Of a stretch of 21,551 nucleotides of DNA, positions 8,520 through 15,969 are shown piece by piece. The notes beneath the pieces are model-generated. The model was given only the letters and a program-made list of their open reading frames with translations. It made no database searches and was not told the DNA's origin. The stretch lies in sequence record SRR31156797_916; one strand, given 5' to 3'. Within the stretch, counting starts at the first letter, position 1; every line of letters begins with the position of its first letter. Made by a program: the position numbers and the translations under genes.

Positions 8520-8701
8520 TATCTGTTGATGGGTTTGGCCGGGCATTTGATTTTTCGGTCGTCCTAAGTGTAAATGTCTGTGGTTGAATTGATTTTCGAT
8601 CCCGGCTATTTCAACATCATTGGATCCAAAAAAGTAGATTCTAAACCTGAACTTTTATTTTTATCCTGATAGGGTTTCAGGCAAGCACCCCACTTATTCA
8701 C

Positions 8702-9526
8702 TCATTTCTCACAAACCACCACCACCTGGTCAGCTATTTTTGACAGCGCTTGTGATTTGATCATACCTGATTCTGCTTTCCTGAAAAAGTTCAAAACGCG
8801 CTTACCAGGCCTGAACCTGCTTTGATAGGGTGGTGTGAATGCCATCAAGGGCAGCGTTTTGATGTTTTTGAAAGATTCAGCATACATTTTTTTAAGTGGG
8901 TCGGGGCTTCGGAGATACATGGTGTGATCTTCATCTTTAATATTTACCTGCAGTTTTTGTTTAATCCTGAAAAATGGATTTTTAAGTTTAAGCATTTGGT
9001 AAGCCATCTCGGGCAAACAAACCGGGTTGAGGTGGGCAACGATCATTTTACCATCCGGTTTCAGGAATTGCTTCAGGCATTGGTTGATGCGTAACAATTC
9101 CTTATCATCAACATATGAAAATCCTCCCGTAACAGAAAAAATCAGATCGAAAGAATCATTGGTGAATGTTTGTTTGTTTAGCTCCTCCAGAAGCCCTGCG
9201 AAAAGTTCAAGTTTTCCGGTTTTGATGTATTGTTGGTAATCCTCGCAGGCTTTATTGAGCATACCCGGCGAACCATCGCAACCCGTAACATGCCAGCCAT
9301 TTTGGAAGAAAAACGGGAAATCGTTACCCGTTCCACAATTCACATCCAACACCTGCAATTCCTCACCTTTTTCGGAACCCAGTTCATTTTTTACAATCAG
9401 GTGCATCATCTCCTTGGTCAGGTAATAAACCGTATCCTTCACCAGGAGTTTTGAATAATCCAACGCATAGCGGTCCCAACCTTTGGAGTAGTTATAATTT
9501 TCGATGTAGGTGAAGGGCTTAAACAT
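8702..9526 (-). CDS. Class I SAM-dependent methyltransferase
   Basis: Motif I VLDVNCGTG, VTGCDGSPGML, SFDLIFS, LKPDGK. Start revised to ATG 9526, 4 nt after the upstream stop. Confidence 0.88.
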   Translation of the reverse strand: MFKPFTYIENYNYSKGWDRYALDYSKLLVKDTVYYLTKEMMHLIVKNELGSEKGEELQVLDVNCGTGNDFPFFFQNGWHVTGCDGSPGMLNKACEDYQQYIKTGKLELFAGLLEELNKQTFTNDSFDLIFSVTGGFSYVDDKELLRINQCLKQFLKPDGKMIVAHLNPVCLPEMAYQMLKLKNPFFRIKQKLQVNIKDEDHTMYLRSPDPLKKMYAESFKNIKTLPLMAFTPPYQSRFRPGKRVLNFFRKAESGMIKSQALSKIADQVVVVCEK

Positions 9527-9530
9527 CTGG

Positions 9531-11081
9531 TTAGTCCTTCTTTTTAAATTCCAGTTCTGTAAAATCAAAATCAGGATTTGGAACTTCAATGATCATCTCA
9601 CTAACTTCACCATCAGCATTCAGGATAAACGTGCAATTTCCGGGAGGTAACGAAGGAAACTCATTAAAAGTGATTTCGAAAGTATCAAAATGCCAGTGAG
9701 ACAATTCACCACGAAACATGGGTGATGGCACAAACTGAACTACCAGTTGCCCGTCGATTAGTTCTACAGTAGCATCGCCATAAACCTCACCTCCATAAGT
9801 TCCGGTATAGGCTTCCAAATCAAGTGATGGAGTTGTATTGGGTTTTCTGTTTTCAAGCCTTTTAGCTTCTGCCTCCTTATCACGGGCTTCTCTTTTTCTG
9901 GTGAGATCCAAAAGAAATGCAGTCCAGTCATATTCTTCACCACCTAAAAACACATCCAAAGTTTTGTAAACCAATGGGTAATATAAACCTGAATTTTTAT
10001 TGGTGAGAATCACAAATCCCAGGTTTACATCAGGAACCATGCAGGTGTACGAAATCATGCCGTCATATCCGCCGCTGTGCCCAACCACTTTGTGTCCCAG
10101 GTAATTGGATAGTGACCAACCCATTCCATAAGATCTGAAAAACATGGAGGGCCAGTGTTGTTCAACAAATGATGAAACACCAAGCACAGTTTCCGGGCTC
10201 CACAATTCTCTGGTTTGTTGGGGGGTAAATATGGTGTCCTCTTTATAAATTCCACGATTCAGGTTCAGGAGGAGCCATTTTGAAACATCTTCAACACTTG
10301 AAATGATTGCTCCTGCTGGGGCCACGTTGTCCCAGTTCAAATATTCTATTGTGATGGTTTCATCATTAAAAGTGGTATGTGGTGTGGCTACATTATCAAA
10401 ATCCGGAAGGTCGTTGGTGGAGGTCAAAGAGCGGTCCATGCCCAGTGGTTCAAAGAACTTTTCTTTGATGAAGTCGTCCCAGCTCCTGCCGGTTACTGCC
10501 GGAATTATTTCCCCGGCAGCAATGTACATGATGTTTGAATAGCCGAAATGTTCGCGGAATCCATAAACGGGCTTCAGGTATCGGGCACGCCTGATAATCT
10601 CTTCACGGCTGTAGTTACTGCCGTACCAAATGAGGTCACCGCTGAACGTGGCCAGGCCGCTCCGGTGTGTAAGCAGGTCGCGAATGGTCATGTTTTCGGT
10701 TACATATGGATCGTAAAGTTTGAACCAGGGCAGGTAGTCCACTACTTTATCGTTCCACGAAATTTTGCCTTCATCTACCAGGATTGCAAGTGCTGAAGCC
10801 GTAAATGCTTTGGTATTGGATGCGATCGGGAACATGGTTTTGCCGTCAACCGGTTCTTTGGTATTGGTGTTTTTAACACCGAATCCTTCAGCCAGGATGA
10901 TATCACCATCTTTTACAATGGCGACTGCCAGGCCGGGAACATCATATGCTTCCCTGGATTCTTCATAATAGGATTTTAATTCTTTGAGTTCTTTTTTGTA
11001 ATCCTGTTTTTGAGCCTTAAGTGCATTGAAGTTAAAGGTTATCAGGAAAATAATTGCGATGATGCAAGCTGTATTTTTCAT
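9531..11081 (-). CDS. Exported serine hydrolase, beta-lactamase/AmpC-like (peptidase S12) with DUF3471-like C-terminal domain
   Basis: Signal peptide; SxxK (ASNTK); LLTHRSGL; YSN; HSG; C-terminal YTGTYGGEVYG...HWHFDTF. Confidence 0.92.
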   Translation of the reverse strand: MKNTACIIAIIFLITFNFNALKAQKQDYKKELKELKSYYEESREAYDVPGLAVAIVKDGDIILAEGFGVKNTNTKEPVDGKTMFPIASNTKAFTASALAILVDEGKISWNDKVVDYLPWFKLYDPYVTENMTIRDLLTHRSGLATFSGDLIWYGSNYSREEIIRRARYLKPVYGFREHFGYSNIMYIAAGEIIPAVTGRSWDDFIKEKFFEPLGMDRSLTSTNDLPDFDNVATPHTTFNDETITIEYLNWDNVAPAGAIISSVEDVSKWLLLNLNRGIYKEDTIFTPQQTRELWSPETVLGVSSFVEQHWPSMFFRSYGMGWSLSNYLGHKVVGHSGGYDGMISYTCMVPDVNLGFVILTNKNSGLYYPLVYKTLDVFLGGEEYDWTAFLLDLTRKREARDKEAEAKRLENRKPNTTPSLDLEAYTGTYGGEVYGDATVELIDGQLVVQFVPSPMFRGELSHWHFDTFEITFNEFPSLPPGNCTFILNADGEVSEMIIEVPNPDFDFTELEFKKKD

Positions 11082-11092
11082 GATTTTGAAGT

Positions 11093-11848
11093 TTATGATT
11101 CGTTTTTCACATGTTCCAGAAGCCTGTTCATCATTTCGCTGGCTTTGCCGGGCAAATGTATGTCAGTGATCATGGATGTGTAATTTGACCTTACAGGATT
11201 TATTTCGATGACTTGTGCTCCGGTTTGTTTGGCGATGACCGGAATCTGGTTGGCTGGCATTACCTCGCCCGTCGAGCCGATTATGATCAGTACATCTGCT
11301 AATTCTGCAGCTGTTACCGAGGCCTGGTAGGCATCCATGGGAATGCTTTCGCCAAAAAATATAAAATCAGGTTTTAGCAACCCATTGCATGCATCACATT
11401 CAGGTGGCAGGATTTCAAAATTCACTTCAGGAACTGTAAAATGCTTTTGACAGCTTGTGCATACCATCTTTTGTGAGTTCCCGTGAAACTCATGAACTAC
11501 CGTGCTTCCGGCTACCTGGTGCAGGTTGTCGATATTCTGGGTTACTACACATTTGAGTAATCCCATTTGCTCCAGCTTCACCAGGCCGATGTGGGCAGGA
11601 TTTGGTTTGGCACTGCCAAAAAAATCGTAAAAGATTTCCTTGATCACTTTCCAGGAATCTCCGGGTTTACTGTAAAAAACGTTCAGGTCCAGGATGCTCG
11701 GATCGTATTTGCTCCACAGGCCATTCTCGCCCCGAAAAGGCGGAATGTTGCTTTCTACCGAAATGCCTGCGCCCGTAAATGCAATCAAATGATTTGACTC
11801 AGCAACCAGTTTTGCTGCCTGTTCTATGGATGTGTCAAGGTCTGCCAT
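11093..11848 (-). CDS. cobB: NAD-dependent protein deacylase (sirtuin)
   Basis: TGAGISVES.IP.FRG, TQNIDNLHQ.AG, EFHGN, two CxxC zinc motifs, KPDFIFFGE, GSTGEV.PA, EINP. Start revised to ATG 11848. Confidence 0.93.
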   Translation of the reverse strand: MADLDTSIEQAAKLVAESNHLIAFTGAGISVESNIPPFRGENGLWSKYDPSILDLNVFYSKPGDSWKVIKEIFYDFFGSAKPNPAHIGLVKLEQMGLLKCVVTQNIDNLHQVAGSTVVHEFHGNSQKMVCTSCQKHFTVPEVNFEILPPECDACNGLLKPDFIFFGESIPMDAYQASVTAAELADVLIIIGSTGEVMPANQIPVIAKQTGAQVIEINPVRSNYTSMITDIHLPGKASEMMNRLLEHVKNES

Positions 11849-11875
11849 AACATAAGGAGTTTGTGATAATCCACA

Positions 11876-11883
11876 CAAAAATA
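11876..11883 (-). promoter_or_regulatory. -7 element for the cobB operon
   Basis: Reverse complement TATTTTTG, 27 nt upstream of ATG 11848. Confidence 0.6.
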
Positions 11884-11916
11884 TTCAATTCGGTCTTAGC
11901 TATCCTCAAATTCGGA

Positions 11917-11924
11917 TATTTTTG
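11917..11924 (+). promoter_or_regulatory. -7 element for the TrmH-family gene
   Basis: TATTTTTG followed by CA, 41 nt upstream of ATG 11966; divergent from the cobB promoter. Confidence 0.55.
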
Positions 11925-11965
11925 CAAACCTTTGATTTTCTTTTTGGTCTATAAAGTTTGTTAAT

Positions 11966-12652
11966 ATGGTTGAAAAAAAACAAGATAAAGCTTTGATGGA
12001 GTACCTGATGGGTTTTGTCAGTGAAAACAAGCAAAATAAATTTAACGGGATTATCAGGAATCGTACGAGGTATTTAACGGTAGTTCTCGAAGATATTTAT
12101 CAGCCACACAATGCCAGCGCTGTATTGCGAAGCTGCGATTGCTTTGGGATACAGGATGTACACATTATCGAAAATCAAAACAAATATGAAATTAACCCCG
12201 ATGTGGCACTTGGGTCTTCAAAATGGCTGAGCCTGATCAAATATAACGAACAGACTAACAATACGCCGGAAGCTATCAAATCCCTGAAAGCAAAAGGCTA
12301 TCGAATTGTGGCGACTACTCCTCACAAAGATGATGTGAATCTCCAGGAGCTTGATCTGGAAAAAGGGCCTGTCGCACTGGTGTTTGGCACGGAGATGCGC
12401 GGATTAACCGATGACGGGCTTGCGCTGGCAGATGAGTATATGAAAATCCCGATGTATGGATTTACCGAAAGTTTTAATATTTCAGTTTCAGCAGCACTAT
12501 GCCTGTTTTATCTCACCGAAAAACTAAGAAATTCTGAAGTCAATTGGCAGCTTTCTGATGAGGAAATGATTGAGGTTAAGCTCAATTGGGCCAGGCAGGT
12601 AGTAAAGAAAAGTGAGTTGCTGGAAAATAAATTTCTCAAAGAACAACAATAA
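11966..12652 (+). CDS. trmH: SPOUT TrmH/SpoU-family RNA 2'-O-methyltransferase, probably tRNA Gm18
   Basis: VVLEDIYQPHNASAVLRSCD.FG, ALVFGTE..G, IPMYGFTESFNISVS motifs. Confidence 0.88.
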   Translation: MVEKKQDKALMEYLMGFVSENKQNKFNGIIRNRTRYLTVVLEDIYQPHNASAVLRSCDCFGIQDVHIIENQNKYEINPDVALGSSKWLSLIKYNEQTNNTPEAIKSLKAKGYRIVATTPHKDDVNLQELDLEKGPVALVFGTEMRGLTDDGLALADEYMKIPMYGFTESFNISVSAALCLFYLTEKLRNSEVNWQLSDEEMIEVKLNWARQVVKKSELLENKFLKEQQ

Positions 12653-12657
12653 ATTTT

Positions 12658-12686
12658 TAAGACTTTCTGGATAATCAGGAGTCTTA
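12658..12686. terminator. Hairpin between convergent trmH and T9SS cargo genes, possible terminator
   Basis: TAAGACT...AGTCTTA outer stem with an inner CTG/CAG stem; weak U-tracts. Confidence 0.4.
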
Positions 12687-13634
12687 TTGTTTAACAAGAA
12701 ATTTAATTCGCGATTTAAAGGTTGAATTGTGGATTTTAATTACATATAAACCAGGATTTTCAGGAGCGGTGATAATGAGGTCTTGATTTTTTGAGTGGTA
12801 TGATTCAACCTTGTTGCCTAAAATATCATAAACCTCTACAACTCCTGGCTCATTATTCAAAAGTGGAATATGTGAAATTCTAAGCGGATTGCCTGCTATT
12901 ACAGGATTAGGGTAAGCAAGCACTCTTGAATTTCCGTAAAGTGAATGATTACCAACTGTAGTACATGTGTCAGTTGGGATGTCACATAAATTGTTGCGAC
13001 AATAAATCGGTGATGTTTCAATGTTTAAGCTAATAAGATGATTCCAGTATTCGAACACTACTTCATAAGGGGCCAAAAGCCCGCTGGAACATCCAATTCC
13101 TTCTATCATCGAAGACTCCTCACTTAACGGTTCTTCATCAAACAACCATCTTCTTCTTTCAACACCATCAATGGTTGTAATTGTATCCAAATCTGAAACG
13201 GTTAAGTACATATTGGGTCCCTGATTAAACCACGAGTCCATAAAGGATACTGTATCACCTATTGATAAGGAAAAGTCAAAATACTGAAACTCAAAAGATG
13301 AACCCGGAGGGAAATACCATACCTTTTGCTCCTGGATATCTTCCCTTATTGCACCGTAATATTCAGGCCCGGAGATGACAATATTTGTACAATAAATGTC
13401 CAATTTTTCATGATAGATCTTTTTGTAAGTAATGTTGTTTATAGTTGTATCACCATTAAGGTATTTTCTCCCACAAAAACTGTAGCCATATGGGCTGGGA
13501 GGCCATGTATAATTTGTATAGGTTTCGAACCAGACGGCTCCCTCATTTAGCATGGGGGTATACTCACGGGTTTGACAAATTGCTGAGGACGCCAGTGCTA
13601 TGAATACTGTAAAGAGTGAAATTAGGTTTTTCAT
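12684..13634 (-). CDS. Secreted protein with T9SS type A C-terminal sorting domain, unknown function
   Basis: Signal peptide ending ICQ; CTD AYPNPV...VEVYDILGNKV...PGLYVIKI...KFLVKQ; N-domain GDTTINNITYKKIY, YGAIRED, FDFSLSIGDT, MIEGIG. Confidence 0.85.
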   Translation of the reverse strand: MKNLISLFTVFIALASSAICQTREYTPMLNEGAVWFETYTNYTWPPSPYGYSFCGRKYLNGDTTINNITYKKIYHEKLDIYCTNIVISGPEYYGAIREDIQEQKVWYFPPGSSFEFQYFDFSLSIGDTVSFMDSWFNQGPNMYLTVSDLDTITTIDGVERRRWLFDEEPLSEESSMIEGIGCSSGLLAPYEVVFEYWNHLISLNIETSPIYCRNNLCDIPTDTCTTVGNHSLYGNSRVLAYPNPVIAGNPLRISHIPLLNNEPGVVEVYDILGNKVESYHSKNQDLIITAPENPGLYVIKIHNSTFKSRIKFLVKQ

Positions 13635-13673
13635 AGATTCAAGTATGGTATAAAGTCTGTGTGCTTTTTATAG

Positions 13674-13681
13674 CAAATGTA
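13674..13681 (-). promoter_or_regulatory. -7 element for the T9SS cargo gene
   Basis: Reverse complement TACATTTG, 39 nt upstream of ATG 13634. Confidence 0.55.
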
Positions 13682-13719
13682 AATAATTAAGTTGTTTCAA
13701 TAAAGTTTTGTGATGTATT

Positions 13720-13727
13720 TATCTTTG
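13720..13727 (+). promoter_or_regulatory. -7 element for the M20 amidohydrolase
   Basis: TATCTTTG followed by CC, 19 nt upstream of ATG 13747. Confidence 0.65.
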
Positions 13728-13746
13728 CCGAAATAAAGGTTGAAAA

Positions 13747-14940
13747 ATGTCAGAATTAAAAACGAAGATTTTAGAACTAGGCAAAAGTTCTCATGCCGAT
13801 GTGATAGCATGGCGAAGGCACATACATGCCAACCCGGAACTATCGTTCCGGGAATATAAAACTTCAGCTTTTGTAGCCGAAAAGCTAAAATCATTTGGAA
13901 TCCAATTTCAAACGGGTGTAGCTAAAACCGGTATTGTTGCTTTGATCGAAGGGCGAAATCCCGGTAAGAAAACCATTGCACTGCGAGCTGATATGGATGC
14001 ACTGCCAATCATCGAAACCAATAATGTGGATTATAAATCAGTGAATGAAGGTGTGATGCATGCCTGCGGCCACGATGTACACACATCTTCGTTGCTTGGT
14101 ACGGCTAAAATCCTGAATGAGATCAGTGACCAGTTTGACGGAACGATTAAGTTGCTTTTTCAACCTTCTGAAGAAAGGTATCCCGGAGGAGCAAAAGAAA
14201 TGATCAAGGAGGGGGCTTTAGAAAATCCCCGTCCTGCAAATGCTTTCGGGCAGCATGTTTATCCTGAATTAGAAGCCGGAAAAGTGGGTTTTAAAAGTGG
14301 TGAATACATGGCCTCTACAGATGAGATTCACCTTACGGTTACAGGAAAGGGTGGGCATGCCGCACAACCATCCCGAAATATTGACCCTGTATTGATTGCT
14401 TCACATATTATTGTAGCACTGCAACAGATCGTTAGCAGGCACAGTTCACCCGACGTACCAACTGTACTCTCTTTCGGACGGATTATAGGGGAGGGGCAAA
14501 CCAACATAATTCCTGATCAGGTGAAAATTTCCGGAACCATCCGCACTTTTGACGAGGAGTGGCGCAAAACGGCGCACCAGAAAATCCGGAAAATGGCTGA
14601 ATACATTGCTGAAGGAATGGGCGGCAAGTGTGAGGTGCTTGTTGACCCAGGTTATCCTTTTGTGTACAATGATCCGGAAATCACTGAAAAGTCCAAACTT
14701 TGGGCCATCGATTTGCTTGGTGAAAAAAATGTAATTGATTTGCCAATCCGCATGACTGCTGAAGATTTCTCCTACTTTGCCAATGAAGTACCTTCGTGTT
14801 TTTACCGGCTGGGAGTGGCAAACGAAAGCAGGGGCATAAATTCAAGCCTCCATACTTCAACTTTTGACGTGGACGAGAAAAGCCTGGAAACGGGTATGGC
14901 CCTGATGGCATATATTGCTGTAAAAGCTTTGGGTAACTAA
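13747..14940 (+). CDS. M20 family (M20D/Acy1-like) metallo-amidohydrolase
   Basis: RRHIHANPELSFRE, LRADMDALP, MHACGHDVH, FQPSEE, GKGGHAA, AEDFSYF, LHTSTFDVDE. Confidence 0.93.
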   Translation: MSELKTKILELGKSSHADVIAWRRHIHANPELSFREYKTSAFVAEKLKSFGIQFQTGVAKTGIVALIEGRNPGKKTIALRADMDALPIIETNNVDYKSVNEGVMHACGHDVHTSSLLGTAKILNEISDQFDGTIKLLFQPSEERYPGGAKEMIKEGALENPRPANAFGQHVYPELEAGKVGFKSGEYMASTDEIHLTVTGKGGHAAQPSRNIDPVLIASHIIVALQQIVSRHSSPDVPTVLSFGRIIGEGQTNIIPDQVKISGTIRTFDEEWRKTAHQKIRKMAEYIAEGMGGKCEVLVDPGYPFVYNDPEITEKSKLWAIDLLGEKNVIDLPIRMTAEDFSYFANEVPSCFYRLGVANESRGINSSLHTSTFDVDEKSLETGMALMAYIAVKALGN

Positions 14941-14984
14941 ATCAGGCAAATTTATATTCCCCCGGAAATGTGGAGCAATCTTTG

Positions 14985-14992
14985 TACTTTTG
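14985..14992 (+). promoter_or_regulatory. -7 element for the CAP-SPOR gene
   Basis: TACTTTTG followed by CA, 25 nt upstream of ATG 15018; supports the revised start. Confidence 0.6.
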
Positions 14993-15017
14993 CACAGAAA
15001 ATCAGATACCTCATTCT

Positions 15018-15884
15018 ATGAGCCATAAGATCATTGCTGTTTTATTTTTGCTTTCAATCGGATTGTCAAATTCACTGTTTTCACAGGACCAGATACCGGA
15101 GGATTTTTGTATTTCGGGAGATGAACTAAAGTTATATAACCTGATCAATAAATACCGTCAGGATAATGGCCTGGAGGAGGTGGCGCTCTCAAAAAATTTG
15201 TGCTATGTTGCCAAGCTCCATGTGAGCGACCTCAATTATAACCACCCTGATACTGCACAATGCAACCTGCACTCCTGGTCTGATCAGGGGCATTGGGCTG
15301 AATGTTGCTATGGGCGAGATAAGTTTAATAACTCCTGTATGACCTCGAAACCCCGGGAGTTGACAAGCTATCCGGGCCTGGCGTATGAAATTGCTTTCTG
15401 GGAAAGCGTGGATGCTGTTCCGGAGATTGTCCTGGACCTTTGGAAATCATCTTCAGCTTCTCATGACCTGATTTTGAATCGTGATATCTGGAAAGATAAA
15501 TCCTGGAAAGCTTTTGGTGTTGGCATGCTTGATGGTTATGCCGTAGTTTGGTTTGGGGCGGAACCCGATAAACAGGAAGGAGTGAAGGTTTGCACAACCG
15601 GGAAAATGGCCGGCAGACTGATCGATAAAGTCAGGGAGTCTGTTGATCAAAATAAACCTCAGGGTATCCGGTATTACCTGATTATATCAAGCTTTAAGGA
15701 CGATGCCACTGCTCAATCCGAAGTGAAAAGGTACAAGTCCCGTGGATTCAGAAACCCTTCCGTCGTTCCTTCAGGTGATAATTTCAGGGTGTCGTTGGGT
15801 AATTATACAACCCAGGAGGAAGCCTTAAACGCCAGAAAAAGTCTCGGAGAAAAATATCAGAATGCCTGGATTTTAAAACAGTAA
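15018..15884 (+). CDS. Exported CAP (SCP/PR-1-like) domain protein with C-terminal SPOR domain
   Basis: Signal peptide from ATG 15018; LYNLINKYR..NGL, CNLHSWS, AYEI, W..S, A.GVG...YAVVWFG (CAP); YYLIISSFK...FRVSLGNY...A...AWILK (SPOR). Confidence 0.82.
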   Translation: MSHKIIAVLFLLSIGLSNSLFSQDQIPEDFCISGDELKLYNLINKYRQDNGLEEVALSKNLCYVAKLHVSDLNYNHPDTAQCNLHSWSDQGHWAECCYGRDKFNNSCMTSKPRELTSYPGLAYEIAFWESVDAVPEIVLDLWKSSSASHDLILNRDIWKDKSWKAFGVGMLDGYAVVWFGAEPDKQEGVKVCTTGKMAGRLIDKVRESVDQNKPQGIRYYLIISSFKDDATAQSEVKRYKSRGFRNPSVVPSGDNFRVSLGNYTTQEEALNARKSLGEKYQNAWILKQ

Positions 15885-15969
15885 AGTACCTCGTGCGGTT
15901 TTATCAGGATTGTGTGCTTAGAATCAGGATTTCTGATTTTACCAGCCTTTATTTCTCACGGTGCTATCA

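Noticed and set aside
8249..8587. 112-aa + strand ORF overlapping the 86-aa membrane ORF
   Set aside because: The Cys/His/Asp-rich composition is what an alternative frame of a hydrophobic gene produces. Its 3' part could still belong to a frameshifted remnant.
9531..11081. Serine hydrolase as an antibiotic-resistance beta-lactamase
   Set aside because: Its length, HSG triad and extra C-terminal domain fit the broad S12 peptidase/esterase group, and there is no mobile context.
11093..11848. Sirtuin as an anti-phage SIR2 effector (Thoeris, DSR, pAgo-associated)
   Set aside because: It is a compact zinc-binding CobB-type deacylase with canonical motifs and no defence partner genes nearby.
15885..15969. 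ATCAGGATT direct repeat and weak hairpins between the convergent CAP-SPOR and DUF134 genes
   Set aside because: Only two short copies and imperfect stems; not a CRISPR array, and too weak to call a terminator.
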